A DNA stretch of 64,000 nucleotides from Eledone cirrhosa (lineage: Eukaryota): the NCBI GenBank assembly GCA_964016885.1, contig OZ024740.1:274536001-274600000 (forward strand), in the 5' to 3' direction. The stretch's first letter is position 1; each line of letters begins with the position of its first letter. Shown here piece by piece: positions 43,506 through 58,521 of the stretch. The position numbers and the translations under genes were made by a program. Below the pieces are notes generated by a model. That model was not told the DNA's origin. It did no database searches and saw only the letters and a program-made list of their open reading frames with translations.

Positions 43506-43869
43506 ACATGACCATACTAGACAAGCTTCCAACTTTTCACCATCACAAGGAGTTGTTCTTGCCTGCCAGCATATTTGTTAAATTGCTGCCTGAGATAGCT
43601 GTGTGTTTTGTGTTCTTAGTTTGGTTTAACATAAATGAAAGAAATTCTACCCATGCTAGCATGGAAAATACACATTAAACAATGATGATGATGATGATGA
43701 TAAATATGAGTGGTTCAAGAAAGAATAATCCAAACTATGCTTCTTTCCTTTCGAATTATACTTACTTAGAAGATTATACAACAGCATGTACAGGCACATA
43801 CACATAATTAACATATTAGATGTAGTTAAGAGAGAATCTTACAAAAACATAAATATACTCTAAGGCCCC

Positions 43870-44196
43870 AGTCAGTCATGTATATCCATAGTTTTGCACC
43901 TAGAAAGTTTCCCTCCGAGGCACAAGCCTGAGCAAGGTTTGTTTTGTGGAAGACCAGCAGTCATTCCTTGCATACCACCCTCTCCTCTCCATGCCACCGA
44001 TGTTGTCCAAGGGAAAGGCAATGGCTGATACAGCTTGGCACCAGTGGCGTCGCAACTCATTCCTACAGCTGAGTAAACTGGAGCAACACGAAATAAAGTG
44101 TCTTGCTCAAGGACAAAACGCATCACCCAGTCCGAGAAGAAAACTCACAAACTCTCAATTGCAAGCCCAATGCTCTAACCACTAAGCCATGCACCT
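43870..44196 (-). mobile_element. SINE with family-A head/core but a different tail
   Basis: tggcttagtggttagagc head and ccttgagcaagacactt core; 3' part is unrelated to the RTE tail. Confidence 0.7.
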
Positions 44197-44435
44197 AAAC
44201 GTGCACACATTTTCATATGCATCATCTAATAGTTAAGAGAATGCTAAATCATATATTACCTGACAAATGTTTAATTTGTTTCACATACAAACATACTCAG
44301 ATGCATTCAACCTCAGACATTAATACACATTATTACAACTTCCACATTATTGAACATGCTGCAGCCAGTCACACATTCATATATAGACATACACATGCAG
44401 AGTATATATATATATACATGTACACACACACATCA

Positions 44436-44476
<41 letters not shown>

Positions 44477-44499
44477 GTACATACATTCATAAGCATGTG

Positions 44500-44534
<35 letters not shown>

Positions 44535-44558
44535 GCACACACACAGACACACACACAG

Positions 44559-44605
<47 letters not shown>

Positions 44606-45059
44606 TACATTCATAAGCATGTGCTCACATGCATTTCCTCTGCACCACATGTAGAATATATTCATGTGCAGTTTCATGACCTTGAAGTGTGTGATGCATT
44701 ATATTGAAAAAGATCAATCTTTCTCCTATTTCTTCATGCTTGAATGAATTTTTCAGCAGAGTAATAAGTGAGGGTGGGGATAATAATAAGTGACATGCCA
44801 AATTAGTGTTGTTAACAATCCTAATATATTAGTTCTCATCACATCCATTAGCAGAAGGTGAACACAAGAACATAAACCTGGGAGAGAACATCAACATAAT
44901 TTTGTGACATGCTTGATATAACAGTAAAATGTTTCCTCAACAAAAACCATAAAATATTTGAAATTAGGAAAAGCAATTTATATTTTGTTCCAGTATTTTC
45001 AATAGCTACCTATGTTTGGCAAATTGATAAAGTATTCACTTATAGAGTTATACAACTGA

Positions 45060-45340
45060 AGACATCAGTCATTTCTGCAACTGTTGCAGAGGAGACTTCT
45101 GTTCCATGATGTTGCCTGATGATGTCTCATCTACATTCAAGATCATCTGACATGTTCATATTTTGTTGTCTTGACACCCACACCGTTTCTATCCCCAAAC
45201 ATTGTTTACAGTTCATTCTCACTGGAATGCCATCACTCAAGAATTTTGCTGCCAGTCTTTGCAGTTTTCGCAGAGTCATTGACTTAAGAGACACACCAAC
45301 AACAACAAACTAATATAAGGCCATGAGCACAATCCCTTAT
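45060..45340 (-). pseudogene. Degraded LINE endonuclease N-terminal fragment
   Basis: Minus strand includes an RNGVGV motif; heavily decayed. Confidence 0.35.
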
Positions 45341-45634
45341 TGCAGACCAAAGCCTTAATAAATATCTATTACTATTCTATTTTCTGCTAAGGCAGTGAAT
45401 TTGAAGAGTTATTAGCGCATCAGATGGACTTATGTGTGGTATTATTTCCAGCTCTCTGTAAACCTTGCTATGGTCAACTTTTCCCTTCGTCCTTTCAGAG
45501 TAAAAAATATTTGTTAAATTTTGTGGTTGAGTCTTTTCTCCCCACATCTTTCTCATAATCAAAATTAAAGAAGGATTAAGAGAGGGGCTAACAAACTCTT
45601 TCCATTGAAATACTAAAATATTAAAATACTAATA

Positions 45635-45974
45635 CAGTTGAACCTCAAATCACGAACTTAATTCATGCCTGAAGGCCATTCATAACCTGCAATATTCATA
45701 AAAGAAAACTATTTTTCCCATATGGAATGTTGAAAGCGAAATACAGAGAGAGAGAGACACAGTGTGTGAATGACAGATAGATATCACCATAGTAACTAAC
45801 TACACTGAAAGTGATGCTCTCCTGCTGATACTCCAACCTTTTCGCCATATGTGCTGACTTGCATGTTTGTTACTTGAGACGCCGTTAGTGAACCAACAAA
45901 TTTTATATTCAGAAAAATTGTTCATGAACTGATTTATCCATGATGAGAGGAATTCACGAACTGAGATTCCATTG
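45635..45974. mobile_element. pogo/Tigger-like MITE
   Basis: TA-CAGTTGAACCTC ... GAGATTCCATTG-TA with subterminal t/cacgaac motifs. Confidence 0.6.
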
Positions 45975-46480
45975 TATATTATCAGAATTGTCCAAGGACA
46001 AATAAATATGCTGTACATGGAAATAAAGAAGACTAATTCTGATATATAAGTTTTTTAGTTCAGATAACAAACATTTCTCAACATAATTTTTCATTCATCT
46101 CCTTCAGTAGTTCTCTTTATTTAACTGGCTTTATTTTTTCTATTTCTCTAACATCACTTCATAATCCAATTATCTAAATAACATTTTCAGTGTACACACA
46201 CACACGTTATATATAAACCTATGATAGTCAATGTTGAGGAAATTGCTATCTGGTGTACACTAACACATTCACACATACATATTTATGCACCCAATATACA
46301 TTCACATACACACATGCTCATATATGTATACAGAGGCACCCATCTATACACTGCTTCTCAATACAGTTATTTGATATTGTTAAATGATTGATAAATTGTA
46401 ACCTGTTGGTATAGTAAAACTTATAAATTCATCTATGTATGTGTGTGTGTATATATGTGTGTGCATGTAAGGTGTGTGCA

Positions 46481-46557
<77 letters not shown>

Positions 46558-47521
46558 TGTGTGTGTGCATGCGTATGTGTGTGTGTGTGCGCGCATGCCT
46601 GTGCTTGTGTGTCTGCAATTTGGGATAAAACCATTCATTGGTACAGTTACATTTGAAATTAAAAACATGTTTTTTCGTGAGTTTCATGTTAATGTTTTCT
46701 AAAACTGATACTTTGCTTTCACCAAAGAATGAAGAGAAATTTCTATTAAGCTCCAGGTCAGCTCTGAACAGATGGACTTATAACACACATGTATTTGGTT
46801 GGTGTTTGGCTCTCAGATCTGATCAAGCTAGCTTACGATCAAATATATTACAATATTAATTTTGATAGTTATTCTTTTCAGTCTTCAGATATGTAAGCTA
46901 AATGGTATAAAATCATACATGCTGAGGCTTGTATGTATGTGTACATACATATGTATATATCTGTGTGAGTGTATGAGTATGCATGTGCATGTATTTTTTA
47001 TACATTAGTAGCTCAATCAGAAGAAGAGCTCTGTCTCTTGGGTCTCCTACTCAATTGAGAGAGTTATCCTCAGATCAAAAATTTGCATCAAAGTGGACTT
47101 AGCTATATATATCACTGAGTAATAAATATAAATGGTTTGTACTTTTTAACACATAACGTGAGATTTTCTACTTTAGATTTTAACACCTACTGCTAGATTT
47201 TCACACTTATCATTATACAATATTAGATATCTACTTAGTGGTTCTCTCATCATTACTTAAATAAGTATGATTATGGCAGGAATAAAATTATCTAATGTTA
47301 TCTTTTCCTCACATCATAAGTATTTATAATTATATTTTTATCATCACCTCATTAAGTATATTATCACTAACTTAACTATGTTTCTTCATGTGAATATTGT
47401 TTCTGAGAAATTAACCTCAGTGGTTACTCTCCTATAACAATTGATTAGAAAGTTATCACTTTGAGTACAGGTTTTCCTTCATGAATGCAAAGCAGGGTGT
47501 TGTCCAAAGATATATAAATGA

Positions 47522-49335
47522 ATCATCATCATCATCATCACCGTTTTACGTCCGTTCTTCCATGCTAGCATGGGTAACACGGGTTGTCCTGTTGTGGGCA
47601 GTGTCTGATCGGCTGACCATGCCTTGCTCATACAGGAACTGATTTTGGATTGATTTCTACAGCTGGATGCCCTCCCTAACACCAACCTCCTTTACAGTGA
47701 GTGCTGGGTGCTTTTTCCGTGGCGCCTACACGTCCACTTTACAGTGTGGGCTGGGTGCTTTTTTGCCGTGGCACGTCCACGACCATCTTGCAGTGAGAGG
47801 GTGTGGGAGCATATTGTCTATATGCTTCAGCTTTTACCCGTGGGAGGTCGGGTTCTCTGTATTACTGCATGACGCCAGAGGTCACGGTCGTGTGTCATCG
47901 CCTTTGAGAGGTGTAATTGGGTAAGGTTGGCTTTTATCACCTCATCCCAGGTGTTCTTGGGTCTCCCCACTCCGCGGTTTCCATTGACTTCTAGTGCTCT
48001 GCACCTTTTTATGCAGCTGTCATCCTTCATACGCATCACATGTCCATACCAATGCAACCGCCTCTCCTGCACGCAGCATTTGATTCCTCTTATGCTCAGT
48101 CTCTCTCTCAATTCATTTATGCTTTGTCGTTCGCGTATGTTACTATTACACATCCATCGGAGCATGCAGGCTTCGTTTCTTTCTAATCTACGTAAGTCTT
48201 TCACCTTCAGCGCCCAGGTCTCACTACCATGTAACATTGCTGTTCGGATACACGCATCATACAGTCTGCCTTTCATTTTGAGGGAGAAGCCTTTTGCAGC
48301 TAGCAGTGGTAGTAACTCCCTGAACTTCTTCCATCCTGTTCTTACCCTAGTTATTGTACTTTCTGAACACCCACCTCCGCTGCTAATTCGGTCACCTAGG
48401 TAGCAGAAGCTGTCTACTGTTTCTACAGAGCCCTCCCAGAGATTGGTGGTACTTGTTTCCTGTGGCTGTTTTCTGCTTGCTGTCCCAGCACAGCTGCTGC
48501 ATGTGAAGCCTACATTCTTAATTAAGCTTCCTGAGATCCCGCTACATCTCTTGTGTATCCATTGTTTGCATTTGGGGCAGAGAATGGAGTTCCTACCTAT
48601 ATCTTTCCTACATACTGAGTTAGGCCATTTCCCTGAGGGGATCTGGGTTCTGTTTTCTTGTCTACTTACAAGGACCTTAGTCTTTGTCATGTTGACTTTG
48701 AGACCCTTTCTTTCTAGTCCCTGCTTCCAAGTTGGGAATTTCTTCTCTAGTTCTACCATAGATTCAGCTATAAGTGTGAGGTCATCAGCATACAGGAGTT
48801 CCCATGGGCATCCGGTCTTAAACTCCTGCGTTATTGCCTGCAGGACTATGATGAACATGAGAGGGCTAAGAACAGAGCCCTGGTGGACACCAACCTCTAC
48901 GCTAAATTCCTCTCTATACTCATTGCTAATCCTAACTTTGCTGACTGCTCCCCTATACATGGCTTGTACAGCTTTCACAAGCCATTCATCTACTCCTAGT
49001 TTTCTAAGAGCCCACCAGATTACAGCACGTGGAACTCTGTCAAAGGCTTTCTCGAGATCGACGAATGCCAGGTAGAGTGGCTTACTTTTAGCTAGGTACT
49101 TTTCCTGTAACTGCCTCACAAGGAAGAGGGCATCAGTGGTACCTCTTCCTGGTACAAACCCAAATTGCATCTCATCTAGTTTCACCCGGTCCCTAATCAA
49201 CTGTGCTATAACTCTTTCTGTTACTTTCATGACCTGGTCCATCAGCTTTATACCTCTATAGTTTCCTCTATCTGGTGCATCACCTTTACCTTTGTAGCAG
49301 TTCACAATGATGCTACTGCACCAATCTTTTGGAAT
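47522..49335 (-). mobile_element. 5'-truncated RTE LINE with long intact RT ORF
   Basis: ORF 47827-49371: PKDW..NYRGIKL..YADD..PHD (first Cys changed to N)..RLHWYGHV, then (gat)n tail. Confidence 0.95.
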
Positions 49336-52074
49336 GCAAAAAGTAAATCTGATTATAACATAAATTTTCAATTATTAAGAGAAGGCTGGAAAGAGGACTC
49401 ATACATGATATATGTAACCAGCTTCAATTAAAGATTTTGATTTTTAACATTGAATGCTCTGGCTTATGTACTAGGACTAAACTCTAATTAAATGCTATGT
49501 CTAAACAGCTCTTTGGTAGTAAGCTGTTCTGGTTAATGCCAACTAAAGAAAAATATGTGAAGAGGTTACATGTAGACATTGATAATATGATTTCTTGCTC
49601 ACAATTATTTTAATTACTGTGCTCCATGCATTGAATATCTAAATATGTTAGCCCCAACTTACCTACAGTAACTCCTAACCCAAGCTTCCATGGAAAAGAG
49701 TATGTTAAACAGTAATGATGATGATGGAATCTTTGAATTCCTGTATATTTACTTATCCATTTTGATACCAAACACCTTGAAACTACCCCTTTTTTTCTAA
49801 AATACAAAACTGATGTAAAGTATTCATATTTATCTAAAAGTCTTTCATCAAAATTTTAAATCAGAACATTCAGAGAGATTATAAGGAAATTAGCAAAATT
49901 ACTAACTTCATTTAAATTCTTGATTATTTTCAAAATTATTTGAAAATAATAATACAAATTGTCATTAGAAATATGCTATCAAAAGGGTTAACTTTTCTTT
50001 CACCACTACTCCATTAGATATGGTGAAGGCTATAGATTGTTGAATAGGTCAGAATGAGATAAAAAACATGTTCAGGGTTGTCTTTCCTACTTGCTGGAAA
50101 AGGAAAAATAATATCAGATTCTATTTCTTTCAAAATTAGCTTTTTTAATGTTGTACACATACTTTAAAGAATATTTTTTTCACCTTTTCTTTTACAGCTT
50201 CGTGAGGAAATTTGATGTTTGTCTATATAGCAATACATGTTTACTTCTGTTTGGCAGTAAATCTCCGAATCTACATTCTCTTATCTTGCCATGAATATCT
50301 TCTTACCTAACAGGATGTAGCTGCTGATATAGGTTTTTGAACATTTATGCTTTTGTACCTTTGTCCTGGATTATTTTAATTTTGCTGTTTCATATTTCTT
50401 AAAAGTATCATTGTTAAATAAATAGTTTGAGACTGTTACTCTCTTTTGCCCAACACCATTACCTGATGTGATATTGAAGAATACTCTTATGTAACATTCG
50501 TGCTTATCTATAATTTTAGTGCATTAATATCACATTTAAATGGCAGATTACTGTTCACTTTCTTTTACCTTTCAATTTTAAGCAGCAATATTGAGACAAC
50601 AATCTGTTCATTGTGTTGACAGCTTGATAAGTTCTCACATAAAAAAGTGTGTGTTTCGTTTTCATTGTTTATTGCTATATAATCAACCTATTCGGGATAA
50701 CTTTCTACAGATTGAAATGTAACAACTGTAAACAACCCTGTGTTGAAATATTGTTAATGCAAGAGCTGCAAAATGAAAAAATTGTTAACATTCTATTACA
50801 TCTCTCCAGTGTGTTTATTATGTATTTCTGAACAACACTCATCACTATTTCTCCACATCTTTGCATTGGCATTTAAATCTCCAATACATAGACTAGTTTG
50901 TGCTTGGAAATCTTGATAATTATAACATATAGATTTATAAATTTAAATATGAACACAGGAAAGCATTGCTTTACACTCATTCTTAATCACCAATGACACA
51001 GAACTAAAACCTGATGCATTCATATCTTTATATGTATGATATAACAGCTATCAAATGTTAAGAGATGAGGTGTTCCTCATTATTCATAGATGCATTCTCT
51101 TATCAGAAGTGATGAATAAAAATATAACATGTTTTGGGGGGGGATTGGATGAGTGACAAGGGAGTTTAAAAAAGGACAAAACATAATGTAGTAGGCTGTT
51201 ATGTGTGTTGCAGTATTTAGGGAGAGAAATGCAGTGAAGCAAGAAAACATACATATACCTTGGTTACATATGTACCTAAGTAGAAGAAGACTGAGAAACA
51301 AATACGATTATAGAGTAAAAGAAAAATCAGAAAAGGATTTTGAAACAGACAAAGTTTATTTTATAAGTTTCTTGCTTGTGGCAGGATGCCAAAATACTAT
51401 CTATATTTAGATATTCAAATTAAATAATTAATTACTTAATTAATTAAGCTAAATAATATCTTTTCTAATTGATATTCTAATTGAATCCAATAACCAATTA
51501 CATTCTAGAGCAAATAGTTAATGATTTCATCTTCTCTCATAATGTATCTGGAACATATCAATCTGGTAAAGATCATCTCTATCTCCACTATACTCCTGTG
51601 AATATTTGAACTTAGAGATACTCTCAGAAATTGTATATTATTCTCTTTGCTTTTAGGAATAGGCTTTGTATTCACATTGTACCTATTTACATTCAAGTGA
51701 AGTGAAGTAGAGATGAATTAGGAGCATCAGTGATGGGATATAAAGGATAAAACACACTTCAAATTGTGAACTAAACCATCATTCTATCTATGTAGCTAAT
51801 TGTGAACATTACATTGAATTGATTAATTATGAATAAAAGAGGTATGTAACAAAGGGAAATTTTTATAGTTTCATCTCTTTATATTATGTGAAGACATACT
51901 CATAGGAACACCTTTCTTACTGCTTGATGCTTTGTACTTTGGGGTCATTTGTTTCTTATCTATTCCAAGCATACAAACAAACATTAGATTACAAATATTA
52001 AACTTCTCTATTTCATTCAAGCTATTATATATGGAGACCCTCTCTGAGTTATGCAGACTGCCCTCAAATAAATG

Positions 52075-52330
52075 GAGCATTGGGAGGCATAATTGGTAGA
52101 TCATTGGACAAAATACTTTATAGTATTTGGTTGCATTGTTTTACATTCTTACTTCAAATCTTACTCTAGTTCAGTTTTAACTTTCTATTCTTCCAATGTT
52201 GATCTAGTAAGTATGGCAGAATCTAGTGATTGCCATAATTGATTAAAAATTTAGGTGGTGGTGCTCCAGCACAGCTAGAGTCTAATGTCCAATATCTGAA
52301 AACAGTTAGCGAAGAATAAAATAGTAAATG
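52075..52330 (+). mobile_element. Old SINE, third family; related copy at about 17060-17225
   Basis: Degenerate ggtggtgctccagca...ctgaaa...aataaaa tail. Confidence 0.45.
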
Positions 52331-53044
52331 CAAGAATTCTTAATATATAAAGCAATGAATAATCTATTGTTAAAATATATTTGATTTTTTAGGGATTTTT
52401 TTTTGTTTAAAAATATAGCTAAGAAAAAAAACAAGAAAGCAAAATGTTTTATTTAAGAAAAAATCAATTCTATCTTCATACACTATCATTGTCTGTGTGT
52501 GTGTGTGTATAAATATATATATAAGTGTGTGTGTATGTATATGTATATATATATATAGACAGTGGTACGGCTTTGCCTACGATACAATAAGGTTTATAGT
52601 ATGTTGAAAGTTTCTGATATTTTGGTGTTTCCCTGCATCCGGGACTGTATATCATACAGATGTATGCGAATAAATGACTTAATAATTCAGCCCACATAAT
52701 AAGATCGATTGCCTGCTTCAACTGCATGACCCTGCAAATATCATTCTGACGCACTCTAATCATGTATAAATAAGACACGCGTGCATGCTACACGTGAGAT
52801 TGTTTCATACACTGACTACTCTAAACTTTCCTCTTGCTTTATCTTCATAGACTGCCAACGCTTCATGTTTATCTTTATTTTCATTTTTGTTTTTACTTTT
52901 ATTTTTATCCTGTAACCTTTATATGTAAATTGCCATGCTATATCATTTGATGAATGTCACTCCACTGTTGATCAATATGCGCATATGTCTTATATGTCTC
53001 TTGGGTTGAAAAGGAGGTCAAGTATGTTATAGATCAGTAAATAG

Positions 53045-53093
53045 TTGCTCCGAAGAATCCAAACCTCGGTTTGGAGGAAACAATTGTAAGCAA
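53045..53093 (+). ncRNA. Minimal type-I hammerhead (U4C variant) near the 3' end of a TA-flanked insert (about 52560-53130)
   Basis: Stem I TTGCT/AGCAA, CCGAAGA, stem II TCCAAAC CTCG GTTTGGA, GAAAC-AATT-GTA. Confidence 0.8.
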
Positions 53094-53127
53094 ATAAATG
53101 ACTTAAACGGAACTTTGATTATTGTAA

Positions 53128-53174
<47 letters not shown>

Positions 53175-53253
53175 TAATAAATTTGAAGAATAAAATCGAA
53201 AGAGGGCTAGATAAGGATAAATATATATCAAATATATAAGTTCCATAGAGCAA

Positions 53254-53371
53254 ATATTTGTTAAAATAAGAGATTAAAGTTTAAGCAAACAATCGCTGCT
53301 TTCAGAAGATCCCATTAAAGGTGAAAGCAGCGTTTCTTTGCTAAACTTTAAACTGTTATTTTAATAAATAT
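53254..53371. repeat. Imperfect fold-back, possibly a decayed member of the hammerhead class
   Basis: About 50-bp inverted arms around gaagatcccattaaagg, with GAAAGC at the inner arm ends. TA-flanked. Confidence 0.5.
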
Positions 53372-53419
53372 ATATATATAAACACACACATATATATATA
53401 TATAAACAAACACACACAC

Positions 53420-53452
<33 letters not shown>

Positions 53453-53580
53453 TGTATGTATGTATGTATGTATGTATGTATGTATGTATGTATATATATA
53501 TATATATATATCAACAAACACATGTATATATATGTATGCATATATATATATATAAACGCATAAATGTACACATATACATA

Positions 53581-53642
<62 letters not shown>

Positions 53643-53980
53643 CATGTGTTTAAATAGTATTACCAATGGAAACATTGTTTCCTTAGTCCGATTTGACAAA
53701 ATTCGATCGACTATATATATGTTTATATATATATAAATGTGTATATATATATATGTGTGTATATGTATATGTGTATATATATATGTGTGTATATGTATAT
53801 ATACATGTGTATATGTATGTATATATACACACATATATATATATATAAACTCATAAATATACACATATATATATATATATATATACATACATATATATAT
53901 ATATACATACATATATATATATACATACATATATATATACATACATATATATATATACATACATATATATATATACATAC

Positions 53981-54011
<31 letters not shown>

Positions 54012-54120
54012 CATACATATATATATATACATACATTTATATATATATATACATACATATATATATATACATACATTTATATATATATATACATACATAT
54101 ATATATCTATATCTATATAC

Positions 54121-54191
<71 letters not shown>

Positions 54192-54243
54192 CATATAAAT
54201 ATATATATACATATATATATATATACATATATATATACACACA

Positions 54244-54295
<52 letters not shown>

Positions 54296-54380
54296 CATAT
54301 ATACATACATATATATACATACATACATATATATATATATACATACATATATATATATACATACATATATATATATATAC

Positions 54381-54413
<33 letters not shown>

Positions 54414-54432
54414 CATACATATATATATATAC

Positions 54433-55040
54433 ATGGTGGCTGCCAACTCATTTTCGAGTACGGCCACTACTTTATATCCATGTAGGAGAACCCCTACTGA
54501 TGCGCTGAACGAGTGTGACTTTTTAGTCCATCCAGCGACTTGAAAATTCTGGTACAAACACTACACCTGTGACAATTATTGACACATAGTGCTGGGCCCA
54601 TGGTACCATGTGACGACAAATGCAGAGAGATCTCCAGATATAAAGCAATGCCTGTGCCGTGAAGCTTTTATAGTGAGCAAAGGCACTGCACAAAGCCAGT
54701 CCCACTCTCTTAACCAAGATGATATTTACCAAAAAGAAGAACAAGTCAACATCATTGGATACCATCAGGGTTGCAGGTGTTATATAAGAGTTTTCCTTCT
54801 CCTAGAATTCTGCCTTGACAAAGGCTAAGGGGTCATCTCTCCCGGTGATTTTGGATGGCCATTGACTCTTAAGAGCTCCTTTGCCCTTTGACAGGTTTTG
54901 TTTTTAGTCCTGCAGGATGTCCAAAGTCACCCTCCTCACCAAGAAACGTTGGTGAGGTTGCCAGTTTAGTCGCCAACGACCCGACCATGGGACAGGTTGT
55001 ACTGGAATACATGTTACCAGTAGCACCAACTGGTGACCTG

Positions 55041-55043
<3 letters not shown>
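54433..55043 (-). mobile_element. About 610-bp non-coding RTE-5'UTR-like element, copy 1
   Basis: Near-identical to 56033-56643. Contains ggcgactaaactgg and ctaggagaaggaaaactc. Embedded in TA/TACA tracts. Confidence 0.6.
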
Positions 55044-55071
<28 letters not shown>

Positions 55072-55120
55072 CATACATATATATATACATACATATATAT
55101 ATACATACATATATAGATAC

Positions 55121-55187
<67 letters not shown>

Positions 55188-55200
55188 AATATATATATAC

Positions 55201-55826
55201 AGAGGGGATGACTAATGTAGGCGGGAAGCCGCTGGAATTGGTTGAGGACTTCCTGTATTTGGGAGCAAGGATTGGGAATACAGAAGATGATGTGGTTGAG
55301 AGGAAGAGCAAGGCCTGGGCGGCGTGCCACAGCTTGAGATCGGTGTGGAAGTCGGACCTTCGTAGAGACCTGAAAATCCGCCTCTTCATTGCTGTAGTGG
55401 AGTCTGTGCTGCTGTATGGGTCTGAGACTTGGACACTGACCAAGAAACTCACTCAGATGGTGGATGGGTGCTACACGAGAATGCTGAGGATGGCTCTGAA
55501 CATTAATCAGTATACACTGAGGATGAAAAACACAGAGCTGTATGGGAGCATTCCAAAAGTCAGCTCAAAAGTGACACAGAGGAGACTGAGGTTGGCTGGA
55601 CATGCTCACTGACATCCAGAGTTGACATTGCACTCAGTGCTCCTTTGGGACCCCCTACATGGACACACTAGAAAAGGAAGACCAAGGTTAACGTATGTTG
55701 ATGCCCTAAGGACAGACACTGGTCTGTTGGAGATGCAGGACGTGGCAGCAATAATGAGGGACAGAGACCGCTGGAGAGAACTCGTCCATGGATCTCGGGA
55801 ATTTTACCCGCCTTAGATAGATAGAT
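55201..55826 (+). pseudogene. RTE LINE 3' fragment, second RTE family
   Basis: [40 protein letters not shown], then (taga)n tail. Confidence 0.85.
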
Positions 55827-56032
55827 ATATATACATACATACATACATATATATATATACATACATACATATATATACATACATACATACATACATATAT
55901 ATACATACATACATACATATATATATATACATACATAAATACATATATATATACATACATACATACATATATATATATACATACATACATATATACATAT
56001 ATATACATACATATATATATATATATACATAC

Positions 56033-56643
56033 ATGGTGGCTGCCAACTCGTTTTCAAGTACGGCCTCTACTTTATATGTAGGAGAACCCCTACCGATGCG
56101 CTGAACGAGTGTGAATTTTTAGTCCAGCCAGCGACTTGAAAACTCTGGTAGGTACAAACGCTACACTTGTGACAATTATTGACACATAGTGCTGGGTGCA
56201 TGGTACCATGTGATGACAAGTGCAGAGAGATCTCCAGATATAAAGCAATGCCTGTGCCGTGCAGCTTTTATAGTGAGAAAAGGCACTGCACAAAGCCAGT
56301 CCCACTCTCTTAACCAAGATGATATTTACCAAAAAGAAGAACAAGTCAACATCATTGGATACCATCAGGGTTGCAGGTGTTATATCAGAGTTTTCCTTCT
56401 CCTAGAATTCTGCCTTGACAAAGGCTAAGGGGTCATCTCTCCCGGTGATTTTGGATGGCCATTGACTCTTAAGAGCTCCTTTGCCCTTTGACAGGTTTTG
56501 TTTTTAGTCCTGCAGGATGTCCAAAGTCACCCTCCTCACCAAGAAACCTTGGTGGGGTTGCCAGTTTAGTCGCCAACGACGTCACCATGAGACAGGTTGT
56601 ACTGGGATACATGTTACCAGTAGCACCAACTGGTGACCTGACA
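56033..56643 (-). mobile_element. About 610-bp element, copy 2 (3' fragment also at 57807-57881)
   Basis: Direct repeat of 54433-55043. Confidence 0.6.
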
Positions 56644-56729
56644 TAATATATATACATACATACATAATACATATACATACATACATATATATACATTCAC
56701 ATATATATATATATACATACATATATACA

Positions 56730-56761
<32 letters not shown>

Positions 56762-56864
56762 CATACACACACATATATACATATATACATACACACATAC
56801 ATATATATATATACATACATACATATATATATATATACATACATACATATATACACATACATAC

Positions 56865-56898
<34 letters not shown>

Positions 56899-57066
56899 AC
56901 ATATATATACATACATATATATATACATATACATACATACATACATATACATACATACATATATATATACATACATATATATATATACATACATATATAT
57001 ATATACATACATATATATATACATACATACATATATATATACATACATATATATATACATACATAC

Positions 57067-57103
<37 letters not shown>

Positions 57104-57129
57104 CATATATATATACATACATATATATA

Positions 57130-57170
<41 letters not shown>

Positions 57171-57596
57171 ACATACATATATATATACATACATATATAT
57201 ATACATACATATATATGTATATATATACATACATACATATATATATACATACATACATATATATACATACATACATACATATATATATATATATACATAC
57301 ATATATATATATATATACATACATACATATATATATACATACATACATATATATATATACATACATACATATATATATACATACATACATATACATATAC
57401 ATACATACACATACATACACATACATATACATATATGCATACATACACATACATACACACATATACATACATATACATATACATATATGTACACACACAT
57501 ATATATATATATATATACACACATATATACACATATACACACACACATACATATATATACACACATACATATATATATACATATATATATACACAT

Positions 57597-57627
<31 letters not shown>

Positions 57628-57886
57628 CATACATACATACATACATATATATACATATATATATACACATACATACATACACATATATATATATATACAT
57701 ACATACATATATATACATATACATACATATATATATATATACATACATATATATATATATATATATACATACATACATATATATACATACATACATATAT
57801 ATATATATGGTGGCTGCCAACTCGTTTTCGAGTATGGCCACTACTTTATATCCATGTAGGAGAACCCCTACCGATGCGCTGTATAC

Positions 57887-57917
<31 letters not shown>

Positions 57918-57986
57918 CATACATATATATATATATATATACATACATTTATATATATACATACATACATACACATATATATATAC

Positions 57987-58023
<37 letters not shown>

Positions 58024-58184
58024 CATACATATATATATATACATATATATATATACATACATATATATATATATACATACATATATATATATATACATAC
58101 ATATATGTATATACATATATATATATACATATATATATATACATACATATATATACATATATATGTACATACATATATATATAC

Positions 58185-58246
<62 letters not shown>

Positions 58247-58340
58247 ACAAACATATATATATATACATACATATATATATATATACATACATACATATAT
58301 ATACATACATACATATATATACATACATACATATATATAC

Positions 58341-58377
<37 letters not shown>

Positions 58378-58416
58378 CATTCATATATATATATACATAT
58401 ATATATATATACATAC

Positions 58417-58464
<48 letters not shown>

Positions 58465-58520
58465 ATATATATACATACATATATATATATATATATACAT
58501 ACATATATATATATATATAT
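56644..58520. repeat. About 1.9-kb (TA)/(TACA) microsatellite
   Basis: Visible directly in the sequence. Confidence 0.95.
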
Positions 58521-58521
58521 A

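Noticed and set aside
47927-49075. Antisense ORFs over RTE copies (also 14283, 31856, 32297, 34385)
   Set aside because: Shadow ORFs of the RT coding strand with no independent motifs.
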